From an uncultured Acidobacteriota bacterium (lineage in GTDB: Bacteria > Acidobacteriota > Thermoanaerobaculia > Gp7-AA8), in NCBI GenBank assembly GCA_963758195.1, contig CAVWUH010000002.1, forward strand, positions 3,981,560-4,045,559: a stretch of DNA of 64,000 nt, in the 5' to 3' direction. The notes beneath the pieces are model-generated. The model ran no database searches and had not been told where the DNA came from. It saw nothing but the letters and a program-made list of their open reading frames with translations. Positions 19,487 through 28,847 of this stretch are shown piece by piece. Each line of letters opens with the position of its first letter. The stretch's first letter is position 1. The translations under genes were made by a program, and so were the position numbers.

Positions 19487-20244
19487 AAGTCGTCATTCTG
19501 GCGGGAGGCCTGGGCAGCCGGCTCAGTGAAGAGACCGTACTTCGTCCCAAGCCGATGGTCGAGCTCGGGGGGAAGCCCGTGCTCTGGCACATCATGAAGT
19601 CATACTCTCACTTCGGGCTCAACGACTTCGTGATCTGCCTCGGGTACAAGGGCTACATGATCAAGGAGTACTTCGCCAACTACTTCCTGCACATGTCCGA
19701 CGTCACGATCAACCTTCGCAATAACGAGGTGAAGGTTCATCAGAATCTTTCGGAGCCGTGGTCGGTGACTCTCGTCGACACGGGAGCGGATACGCAGACC
19801 GGCGGGCGCCTGAAACGCGTCGCACCGCACATCGACGGTACGTTCTGCTTCACGTATGGCGACGGCTTGAGCGACGTCGACATCAGCGCGCTCATCGCCT
19901 TTCATCGCGAGCAGGGAAATCAGGCCACGCTCACCGCGGTACAGCCGCCGGGACGCTTCGGCGTGATCGACTTCCAGGAAGACAGGATCTCCGCGTTCCA
20001 GGAAAAGCCACCGGGCGACGGCGGCTGGATCAACGGCGGCTTCTTCGTTCTCGAGCCGGAAGTGCTGGATCGGATCGAAGGCGACGACACGGCCTGGGAG
20101 CGCGAGCCACTCGAAGGACTGGCCCGCGACGGCCAGCTCTCCGCGTTCAAACATCGCGGCTTCTGGCAACCGATGGACACGCTGCGCGACAAGCTCTATC
20201 TCGAACAGCTATGGGCCAGCGGCAACGCGCCGTGGAAACGTTGA
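19483..20244 (+). CDS. rfbF: glucose-1-phosphate cytidylyltransferase
   Basis: Frame of ORF 19228..20244 from ATG 19483: [64 protein letters not shown]. Confidence 0.92.
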   Translation: MKVVILAGGLGSRLSEETVLRPKPMVELGGKPVLWHIMKSYSHFGLNDFVICLGYKGYMIKEYFANYFLHMSDVTINLRNNEVKVHQNLSEPWSVTLVDTGADTQTGGRLKRVAPHIDGTFCFTYGDGLSDVDISALIAFHREQGNQATLTAVQPPGRFGVIDFQEDRISAFQEKPPGDGGWINGGFFVLEPEVLDRIEGDDTAWEREPLEGLARDGQLSAFKHRGFWQPMDTLRDKLYLEQLWASGNAPWKR

Positions 20245-20248
20245 ATCT

Positions 20249-20340
20249 GTTGCTGGTTGCTAGTTGCTGGTTGTCTGCGGATCTCGGTGGAATTGGATTG
20301 TTCGCGATGCCCCGCAGATAACCAGCAACCAGTAACCAGC
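20249..20340. repeat. heptamer-arm hairpin, family B
   Basis: GTTGCTGGTTGCTAGTTGCTGGTTGTCTGCGG ... CCGCAGATAACCAGCAACCAGTAACCAGC. It fills the rfbF-rfbG spacer. Confidence 0.8.
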
Positions 20341-20348
20341 CACTAATC

Positions 20349-21335
20349 ATGAATCCTTCTTTTTGGCGCAATCGGCGCGTGTTCGTCACGGGTCATACCG
20401 GCTTCAAGGGAAGCTGGTTGATGCCGTGGCTGAGCCGTCTCGGCGCGAATGCGACCGGGTACGCGTTGCCGGATCACGACGTTCGTGATCTCGACGCTCT
20501 TCGCCGTGCTCTCGTCGAGAGCGACGCCGAGGTCGTGTTTCACCTCGCGGCGCAATCGCTGGTGCGCGAGTCGTATGCCGATCCCGTGGAGACGTACTCG
20601 ACGAACGTCATGGGGACTGTCCATCTGCTCGAAGCCGTGCGCGCAGCGAAAAACGTTCGCGCGACGGTCGTCGTCACGAGCGACAAGTGCTATGAGAACC
20701 GCGAGTGGATCTGGCCCTATCGCGAGAACGAACCGCTCGGCGGACATGATCCGTACTCGAGCAGCAAGGCTTGTCAGGAGCTCGTCGCCGCGGCCTATCG
20801 CCACTCCTTCGCCGGATCTCCCATCGCCACCGCGCGTGCCGGGAACGTCATCGGTGGAGGAGACGAAGCGAAGGACCGGCTCGTTCCCGATCTGATTCGC
20901 GCGTTCGCGCGCCGCGAGGCGGCGACGATTCGCAATCCGCGCGCGATCCGTCCGTGGCAGCACGTGCTCGAACCGCTGGCCGGCTATCTCCTGCTCGCGG
21001 AGTGGCTCGTCGACGATCCGGCATTTGCCGACGCCTGGAACTTCGGTCCGCACGAGCATGATGTTCGCTCCGTCGGCGAGATCGCCGACGCGCTGGCCGC
21101 GCGTTGGGGAGCGGGCGCGCATTGGAAGCAGGACGAGAGCACGCATCCGCACGAAGCACAGACCTTGAAGCTCGACAGCACACGCGCGCGGACGCGCCTC
21201 GGCTGGACGCCGCGTCTCTCGCTCGACACCGCGCTCGACTGGATCGTCGAATGGCATCACCACCACGACCCGCGTGCGATCACCATGCAGCAGATCGAAC
21301 GCTTCGAGAAACTCGCCACGGTGCAATCGTCATGA
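20349..21335 (+). CDS. rfbG: CDP-glucose 4,6-dehydratase
   Basis: ORF 328 aa: FWRNRRVFVTGHTGFKGSWL, VFHLAAQSLVR.SY..P, TSDKCYEN, DPYSSSKAC.EL, RAGNVIGGGD, RPWQHVLEPL.GYL. Confidence 0.9.
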   Translation: MNPSFWRNRRVFVTGHTGFKGSWLMPWLSRLGANATGYALPDHDVRDLDALRRALVESDAEVVFHLAAQSLVRESYADPVETYSTNVMGTVHLLEAVRAAKNVRATVVVTSDKCYENREWIWPYRENEPLGGHDPYSSSKACQELVAAAYRHSFAGSPIATARAGNVIGGGDEAKDRLVPDLIRAFARREAATIRNPRAIRPWQHVLEPLAGYLLLAEWLVDDPAFADAWNFGPHEHDVRSVGEIADALAARWGAGAHWKQDESTHPHEAQTLKLDSTRARTRLGWTPRLSLDTALDWIVEWHHHHDPRAITMQQIERFEKLATVQSS

Positions 21336-22566
21336 CCGCCATCCGTTGCCGCTTCTGCGACGCCGAGCTCCATCACGTTTTCGCGGACCTCGGCGTGTCT
21401 CCACTGTCGAATGCCTTCCTGCGCGCGCAGCAGCTCGAGCATCGGGAGACGTTCTATCCGCTGACGGTCTACGTCTGCGCGCAGTGTCTCCTCGTGCAGT
21501 TGCCGGCGAGCGAGACGCCGGAGAACATCTTCGGCGACTACGCCTACTTCTCCTCGTACTCCGATTCCTGGCTCGCGCACGCGCGCGATTACTGCCGATC
21601 GATGATTGCGCGACTCGGTCTCGATGCCGCGACGCAGGTCGTCGAGATCGCCAGCAACGACGGCTATCTCCTGCAGTACTTCCTCGAAGCCGGCGTCCCG
21701 GTCCTCGGCGTCGAGCCGGCGGCGAATGTCGCCGCGGTCGCGCAGGAAAAAGGGATCGAGACCGTCGTCCGATTCTTCGGCGTCGAGACCGCGCGCGCTC
21801 TCGCCGCGGACGGCCGCAAGGCGAAGCTCCTCCTCGGCAACAACGTTCTCGCGCACGTTCCCGACCTCAACGACTTCGTGGCGGGGGTGAAGATTCTTCT
21901 CGATGCCGGCGGCGTCATCACGATGGAGTTCCCTCATCTGATGCGCCTCATCGATGGCAATCAGTTCGACACCATCTACCACGAGCATTTCTCGTACTTT
22001 TCGTTGCTCGCAGTGCAGAAGATTTTCGCCGCGCACGGATTGACCATCGTCGACGTCGACGAATTGCCGACGCACGGTGGCTCGCTGCGCATTCACGCAC
22101 GTCACACCGAAGAGCATGGCGGGACGACGGACAATCGCGTGGCGGCATTGCTCGCAGCGGAGCGCGAGTTCGGTCTCGATCGCATCGAGACCTACGCACG
22201 CTTCGCCGAGCAGGTGCGGAAGACAAAGCGCGATCTCCTTTCGTTTCTCATCCGCGCAAGAGAAGAGGGAAAGCAGGTCGTTGGCTACGGCGCGCCGGCG
22301 AAAGGCAACACGCTCCTCAATTACTGCGGCATCCGCGCGGATTTCATCGACTACACGGTCGATCGTAGCCCGCACAAACAGGGGCTCTTTCTTCCCGGCA
22401 CGCGCATCCCGATTCACGCACCCGATCGCATTCGCGAGACGAAGCCGGACTTCATTCTCATCCTGCCGTGGAATCTGAAGGACGAGGTCATCGGCCAGAT
22501 GGCCGATGTGCGCGCGTGGGGGGGCGTTTCGTCGTGCCGATCCCGCGCGTGGAGATCGTGGAGTGA
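21332..22566 (+). CDS. NDP-hexose C-methyltransferase-type class I SAM methyltransferase (Zn-ribbon N-terminus, C-terminal C-methyltransferase domain), frame-disrupted in a G7 run
   Basis: Frame of ORF 21104..23107 from ATG 21332: CRFCDAEL..VFADLGVSPLSNAF...YPL.VYVC..C.LVQL, EIASNDGYLL, GNNVLAHVPDLNDF, DTIYHEHFSYFS. After GGGGGGG (22518-22524) the expected tail WGGRFVVPIPRVEIVE* is in the -1 frame. Confidence 0.75.
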
Positions 22567-22573
22567 TCCTGGC

Positions 22574-23107
22574 GTGATTTTCACGGAGACGCTGATTGTC
22601 GGCGCGTTTCTGATCGACCTCGAGCGGCGCGAGGATGAGCGCGGCTTCTTCGCGCGCACCTTCTGCGAAAACGAGTTTCGCGCGAATGGACTCGAGCCGC
22701 GGATCGCACAGTGCAACATCTCCTGGAATCGCGCGGCCGGAACGCTGCGCGGGCTTCACTATCAGGCGGCGCCGCACGAGGAGACGAAGATCGTCCGCTG
22801 CACGAGCGGCGGCATCTGGGACGTCGTCGTCGATCTGCGTCCCGACTCGTCAACGTATGGCCAGTGGACAGGAGTCGAGCTCACGAGCGAAAACCGTCGC
22901 GCTCTTTACATCCCGCGGGGCCTTGCGCATGGATTCATTACCAGGACCGATGACGCCGAGGTCCTTTACATGATGGGCGAGACCTACGTGGAGGGAGCGG
23001 CACGCGGCATTGCGTGGGACGATCCCGCATTCGCGATTCAATGGCCGATCGCGCCGGCTGTCATCTCCGGGCGCGATCGGAGCTATCCGCCATGGCCGGT
23101 CAGTTGA
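22574..23107 (+). CDS. NDP-4-keto-6-deoxyhexose 3,5-epimerase (RfbC/cupin family)
   Basis: GTG 22574 in the frame of ORF 21104..23107: F.D.RGFFARTF, LRGLHYQ..PHEE.K.VRC..G.I.DVVVDLR..S.TYG.W, LYIP.G.AHGF. Confidence 0.85.
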   Translation: MIFTETLIVGAFLIDLERREDERGFFARTFCENEFRANGLEPRIAQCNISWNRAAGTLRGLHYQAAPHEETKIVRCTSGGIWDVVVDLRPDSSTYGQWTGVELTSENRRALYIPRGLAHGFITRTDDAEVLYMMGETYVEGAARGIAWDDPAFAIQWPIAPAVISGRDRSYPPWPVS

Positions 23108-23114
23108 CGCCGGG

Positions 23115-23549
23115 TCAGTTGACGGCCCGGCGTTTCGCTCCGGAATCGCAATTCGACAGCGACACGATCACAGCGCGTCCGTCCGGTACATTGAGGATCA
23201 TGGGGGCGTGACACGACTCCATCGTCGCGAAATTCAGGCTGGCGTCCGCGACCGTTGGATAGACTACACAATGGAACGGTTCGTCCTCTGGAATGTACAG
23301 CGAACCTTCCTCGACCCTCTTGAGAACCAGCCAGGGCCGTTCCTCACGTCCCGTCGGTAAAGCGATCAGATCCGGTTTGCCGTTGGCCATGACGAGCGCA
23401 GCCGCGGCACAATTCCAAGTCATGCACGACGTCACGATCCAGGTGTAACGGATCGGCTTGGTTACTTCCTGTGCGTAAGTAAATGTCGTGAGGAGAAGAG
23501 TAAGGGCGGCGACGATTGCAACACGATGGATCAGTCTAGCGCGGTTCAT
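23115..23549 (-). CDS. small secreted Cys-containing hypothetical protein
   Basis: C-terminal 144 aa of ORF 23115..24560 from ATG 23549. MNRARLIHRVAIVAALTLLLTTFTYAQE looks like a signal peptide. No family recognised. Confidence 0.45.
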   Translation of the reverse strand: MNRARLIHRVAIVAALTLLLTTFTYAQEVTKPIRYTWIVTSCMTWNCAAAALVMANGKPDLIALPTGREERPWLVLKRVEEGSLYIPEDEPFHCVVYPTVADASLNFATMESCHAPMILNVPDGRAVIVSLSNCDSGAKRRAVN

Positions 23550-23672
23550 AGAAGAGTTCTCCGAATATTCCCTCAATGTCCGCGAGTGAAAGCACCGTGC
23601 CAGCATTGACGTCCTCGACCGTGTTGTCAAAAGCGGCGCGAAGTTTTCATAGGAACGGCGTCGGAGGAACTC

Positions 23673-26136
23673 ATGACGCCCCGGAAATCCATTCTCGCCT
23701 GCGTGCTGATGCTTCTGTTCGCCAGTGCTGCACAGGCAACCTCGTTCGTGGTTCCAAACGATGATGAAATGATCGCGAAGTCGATGGCCATCGCTATCGG
23801 AACGGTAGAAGGATCGTACGTTCAGGAAATGAGTGGAACGATCGAAACGGTGTACGAGATCCGCGTCGAGCGCGCCATCAAAGGTGCGGCGAAGACTTCC
23901 GATCTCCTGCGCGTCGTCAGTCCCGGCGGCGTGATCGGGAATCGCGGTGTCTTCGTTCCGGCTGCCGCACATTTCTCGCAAGGTGATCGCGTACTTGTCT
24001 TTCTGACGCGTAATCGAGATCGCTGGGAGACGACTGATCTCACTCTCGGCAAGTTCAAGTTCGTCAGCTCTACGATCGGAGAGCGCCTCCTCGTCCGCGA
24101 CATGGAAGACGTCGTCGGCTGGGACCACAATGGCGAAGTCCATCACGAAAACGTGCGTAAAGAATCCGGCTTCCTGCAGTTCATTGAAGATCGCATGCGC
24201 GGACGTGCGGCGCAGGCCAATTACTCCGTCGATGCCTCGACGGTCACGCTTCCACCGGACAAGAACGATCCGCGGCGCATTCAGGCGAATGCCACGTCGT
24301 TCGCCGGCGCGACTTACACCGACTGGGTGAACAATCAACCGATCCGCTGGCCGAACATCTCCGCGGGCGTGACCTACTTCAAGCGCGTCGATCAGAACAT
24401 CTCCGGCGTGGCCGATGGCGGAGTGGCGGTCATCAAGAGTGGCCTCGCGGCCTGGACGAACGAGTGCGGCTCGAACATCAATCTCATCTACGGCGGCACG
24501 ACCACCACGGTGTCGAAAGACTTTGATACGACGCACGTCGTCGAGTTCAATGATCCGCAAGGACGCGTGAGCGGATCGTGGACCGGCTCCGGCACGATCG
24601 CCATTTCATTCATGTCCTTCTCCAGCACACATTCCTTCGCCGGCCAGACCTGGTGGAGCATCAGCGACGGTGACGTCGTGTTTCAGGATGGCTTTCCCGG
24701 AACGCACAGTGCGTTCTCGACGGCGATGACCCACGAACTGGGTCACACGATCGGCTGGCGCCATTCGAATCAGGACTACAACACCGGCGGCGCCTGCAAC
24801 TCCGCGACGCAGGAGTGCACCTCGGCCGCGATCATGAACTCGACCGTGAGCGCGGCGTACGGTTTCACACTGCAACCGTGGGACATCAATGCCGCGCAGA
24901 CCGTGTATCCGGGCGGCACATGCGGCGGTCCCACCTGTACACCTCCATCGATTACATCGAATCCGCAGTCGGCGACGATCTCCGGCGGCAGCCGCACGCT
25001 CAGCGTGACCGCCACCGGTACGACGCCACTGTCGTATCAGTGGTACATCGGAACGTCGGGTAATACCTCGAGCCCGATCTCCGGCGCGACGTCGAGCTCC
25101 GTGACCGTGACGCCGACGTCCACGACGTCGTATTGGGTGCGCGTGAGCAACTCCTGCGGAAGTGCAAACAGCGCGACGGCGACGATCACGGTGACCTCCA
25201 CGCCACCGCCGCCTCCCCCTTCCACGCTGGGGCTCACCGCGACGCGCGCCGATTTCAACGGCGACGGCAGGTCGGACATCTTCTGGAACAATCCTTCGAC
25301 CGGCCAGTCGGTGACGTGGTTGATGAACGGAACAGCCACTCCGACCGTCGTCAGCTCTCCGACGGTGCCGGTTGGTTGGGTGCCGCAGGCGACCGGCGAT
25401 TTCAACGCCGATGGCAGGGGCGATCTCTTCTGGCGCAACATTTCCACTGGAGAGACTTCAGTGTGGCTCATGAACGGCGCGACTTACTCCGTGGCCTATC
25501 GAGCGCCGACGATGCCGGCCCCGTGGGCGCCGGCTGTCAGCGCCGATTTCAATGGCGACGGCCGCACGGATATCTTCTGGAGTAACCGCTCGACCGGCGC
25601 GGCGGCGGTGTGGTTCATGAACGGAACCGCGCAGCCGACGCCAGTCAACTCGTCCACGGTTCCGATCGAATGGGTCCCGATGGCCGCCGGGTGACTTCAA
25701 TCGCGACGGAAGAGGCGACATCTTCTGGTTCAACTCCATCACTGGTGAGACGTCGGTGTGGCTGATGAATGGTGCAAACTACTCGGTTGCGTTCCGATCG
25801 ATCACCGTTCCGACTTCCTGGAAAGTCGCGGGAAGCGCCGATTTCGACGGCGACGGTCGCGGCGATCTCTTCTGGTTCAATCCATCGACCGGACAGACGT
25901 CGATCTGGTTGATGAACGGAACCGGCTCACCCAATGCGACGTACACCACCCGAGCATTGCCGCGGGGTGGAAGTCCGGCGAACCTCGGCGACTACAACGG
26001 GAATGGCCGGGGCGACGTGTTCTGGCGCAATCCCTCGAGCGGTCAGACCAGGGTATGGCTGATGAATTCCGGGAGCATTGCGTCGCAGTTCGATTCCCTC
26101 ACGGTGCCGCTGCCATGGAAAGTGGTGTCGCCGTGA
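23673..26136 (+). CDS. secreted matrixin-like zinc metalloprotease with an Ig-like domain and C-terminal FG-GAP/VCBS-type repeats, frame-disrupted at 25689-25691
   Basis: ORF 23673..25694 plus ORF 25756..26136. Signal peptide, HELGHTIGWRHS (HExxHxxGxxH), LSYQWY Ig-like segment, and repeated DFNGDGR.D.FW.N..TG....WLMNG units. These continue across the apparent TGA if one G of GGG is dropped. Confidence 0.75.
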
Positions 26137-26176
26137 ACGGTGGCGCCAAACCGGGGCACGGATAGAATGCGAGCCC

Positions 26177-27250
26177 ATGCCTGATATTGAAGAGTTGAAT
26201 TCGGACGAGGTTCGGTCTGCCCTTGCGAAAGCGGGAGCGGACCCTTCGTTCCGAACGGCGATGTTGGAGTCGCTGCGCAGCGCACAACTTCGCGCCGTAG
26301 ATCCGAACGGGTTTCGCGACGCCGTGCGTTGGCCGCTCATTGCGGCTCTGCTTCAAGAGGCTCGCGTTCATCAGGTGCGACTCAGCAATGGCGTAGTTTT
26401 CGAGGTGATGCCGCAGAGTCGCATCGAGCGCGCGCTCCTCTTGAGTACACAGGCTCAGCCTGATCACGTCTGGGAGCCGCAGACGACGCGGCTTCTCTGC
26501 ATGCTCAGCGAGGGTTCAAACGCGGTGATCATTGGTGGCGCGTATATCGGCGATCATGCGCTGACGATCGCCGCGATGCTCGTCCAGCAGGGCGGAGGCG
26601 GCGTAGTCCATGCGTTCGAGCCGATGGAGATCGCGTACAAACAACTCGAACGCAACATCGAGCTCAATGGGTTGGGCAATGTTCGTCCCCGGCGGCTCGG
26701 GCTCTGGGCCGATAGCGGCCGGCTTCTCAAGATCGATGGGCCGGCCGCACTCGGGTCGTCGCATGTCATCGCTGAAGACGCACAAGACGGAGTTCGGGCG
26801 ATCTCGATCGATGACTATGTCACGGCCGAGGGGATCGCCTCCGTCGGATTGATCATGCTCGATACCGAAGGGGGTGAAGAAGAAGCGCTCCGCGGCGCGC
26901 GCAAACTTCTAAGCCGTCCGGACGCTCCAAACATCGTGTTCGAGATTCATCGCTCTTTCGTCGACTGGAGTGAGGGGTTGCCGAAGACTTCCGTCGTCCG
27001 CATGCTCACCGATCTCGGCTACGAGGTCTTCGCAATCCGCGATTTCCACGACAACTACAGCATGACCGGACGGCCGATCGAGATCGTTCCCGCCGGCAGC
27101 GTTTACCTCGACGGCCCTCCCCACGGTTTCAACATGCTGGCGACGAAGGACCGTGAGCTCGTCGCTCGCCTTGGACTTCGCGTCGTTGAGAACGTCAGCC
27201 CCAAACTGCTGCTCGACAAGGATCCGCGTCTGCACCATCCGCTGCCCTGA
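26177..27250 (+). CDS. FkbM-family methyltransferase
   Basis: Frame of ORF 26078..27250 from ATG 26177: VIIGGAYIGDHAL, VHAFEP, LIMLDTEGGEEEAL.GA..LL, IVFEIH. Confidence 0.7.
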   Translation: MPDIEELNSDEVRSALAKAGADPSFRTAMLESLRSAQLRAVDPNGFRDAVRWPLIAALLQEARVHQVRLSNGVVFEVMPQSRIERALLLSTQAQPDHVWEPQTTRLLCMLSEGSNAVIIGGAYIGDHALTIAAMLVQQGGGGVVHAFEPMEIAYKQLERNIELNGLGNVRPRRLGLWADSGRLLKIDGPAALGSSHVIAEDAQDGVRAISIDDYVTAEGIASVGLIMLDTEGGEEEALRGARKLLSRPDAPNIVFEIHRSFVDWSEGLPKTSVVRMLTDLGYEVFAIRDFHDNYSMTGRPIEIVPAGSVYLDGPPHGFNMLATKDRELVARLGLRVVENVSPKLLLDKDPRLHHPLP

Positions 27251-27271
27251 GTCTCAGGGCGCTCCCACAAC

Positions 27272-28087
27272 ATGAAGTTCACCGTCCTCGGAGCATCGGG
27301 GTTCATCGGCTCTCACCTCGTGGCGCACCTCCGCGCGCGCGGCGATGACGTGACGTGCCCGCCACGCGACGACTGGTCGAAGCTGACCAATGGCCTCGGA
27401 CACGTCATCTACTCTGTTGGTATCACCGCTGACTTCCGCGTGCGCACCGTCGACACGGCGGAGGCGCATGTGGGTCGCCTGACCGAGGTGCTGCGGCGCG
27501 GAGACTTCGAATCATTGCTCTATCTTTCTTCGACACGCCTCTATGGAGGCGCATCGCGCGCCAGCGAAGAGGCAACCTTCACTGTCGACCCGGCCCGACT
27601 CGACGACGTGTACAACCTCTCCAAGCTCCTGGGGGAATCGCTTTGTCTCGCCATGCCCAACGAACGCGTTCGCGTGGCTCGTCTCTCAAACGTATTTGGT
27701 CCTGATTGGAGCTCGCGGAACTTTCTCGCTTCCGTGATCTCCGAAGTGATCGACACCGGTGCGCTGCTGCTCCATACGGCTGCCGATTCCGCAAAGGACT
27801 ACATCGCCGTCGATGACGTTGTCGCGGCACTGTTGGCCATCGTCGCGCGCGGCAGCGAGCGCATCTACAACGTTGCCAGCGGAAAGAACGTCACCAACGC
27901 CGAGATCGCGATGCGACTGACGGAGATCTGCGGATGTCGTGTTGACGTCGTCCCGAATGCGCCGTCGGTTGTCTTTCCCATCATCGAGCGAGATCGGCTG
28001 AACCGCATTCTCGAGATCGCGCCGGTGCCACTGCTCGATGCCCTTCCGTCGCTTGTCGACGACTACAGGAGATGGAAAAGCCGATGA
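27272..28087 (+). CDS. NAD(P)-dependent SDR epimerase/reductase (candidate 4-ketoreductase of the CDP-sugar route)
   Basis: ORF 271 aa: MKFTVLGASGFIGSHL, LSSTRLYG, YNLSKLLGE. The substrate assignment is inference from context. Confidence 0.6.
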   Translation: MKFTVLGASGFIGSHLVAHLRARGDDVTCPPRDDWSKLTNGLGHVIYSVGITADFRVRTVDTAEAHVGRLTEVLRRGDFESLLYLSSTRLYGGASRASEEATFTVDPARLDDVYNLSKLLGESLCLAMPNERVRVARLSNVFGPDWSSRNFLASVISEVIDTGALLLHTAADSAKDYIAVDDVVAALLAIVARGSERIYNVASGKNVTNAEIAMRLTEICGCRVDVVPNAPSVVFPIIERDRLNRILEIAPVPLLDALPSLVDDYRRWKSR

Positions 28088-28847
28088 TCCACATTGATCT
28101 TGAAACTGGCCGGGTGACGACGGACGGAGCGGACGGAGACTCGTCGTTCGACATCGGCACACCCGAGGGATTTGGCGTGATCTCGAAGGCATGGCTGCGG
28201 AGCGGATGGGATGCGAAATACGTCTACTCATTTGCGTGGATGGGCCGGCCCGTCATTCAGCTTCCTGAGGATCTCATCCGCCTTCAGGAGGTCATCTACA
28301 AACTCCAGCCCGACGTCATCATCGAGACCGGTATTGCTCACGGCGGTTCGTTGATTTCTATGCCTCGCTTTGCAAGGCGATGGAGAAGGGCCGAGTCATC
28401 GGCATCGACATCGAGATCCGGCCGCACAATCGGACGGCAATCGATGAGCATCCACTCAGGTCGTGGCTGACCCTCATCGAAGGGAGCTCCGTCGACCCCG
28501 CGATCGTCGGACAGGTTCGAGGGGCTGTGAAACCGGGTGAATCAGTGCTCGTGCTCCTCGATTCCAATCACACGAAGGCGCACGTTCTTGCGGAGCTGGA
28601 AGCCTACGGGCCGATGGTGACGCCAGGTTCCTTCATCGTGGCCACGGACGGCATCATGAGCTGGCTGGGCAACGCTCCGCGTTCGCAGCCCGACTGGTCG
28701 TGGAACAACCCGTACGAAGCGGCGCGCGATTTCGTGACACGGCATCCTGAGTTCGTCGTCGAGGAGCCCGCATTTCCCTTCAATGAAGGCGTGGTCCGCG
28801 ACCGCGTCACCTACTGGCCCGGTGCTTTCCTGCGACGAATTCGATGA
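28072..28847 (+). CDS. CmcI / cephalosporin-hydroxylase-family (rhamnosyl O-methyltransferase-like) methyltransferase, frame-disrupted in a T run
   Basis: ORF 28072..28470 (WMGRPVIQLPEDLIRLQEVIYKLQPDVIIETGIAHGGSLI) continues in ORF 28380..28847 (MEKGRVIGIDIEIRPHNR...LLDSNHTKAHVL.EL) if TTT 28355-28357 is read as TTTT. An alternative start is ATG 28084 (ATGA overlap). Confidence 0.7.

Noticed and set aside
21104-23107. A 667-aa ORF that looks like a C-methyltransferase fused to a 3,5-epimerase
   Set aside because: The expected methyltransferase C-terminus WGGRFVVPIPRVEIVE-stop is present in the -1 frame straight after a G7 homopolymer (22518-22524). A GTG start for the epimerase follows at 22574. 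The fusion is therefore an indel artefact or a frameshift, not a designed bifunctional protein.
25692-25694. TGA inside the metalloprotease/FG-GAP gene as a possible selenocysteine or read-through codon
   Set aside because: The FG-GAP repeat (AAG-DFNRDGRGDIFWFN...) continues in a different frame, not in the TGA frame. Dropping one G from GGG 25689-25691 restores it. This is a frameshift, not recoding.
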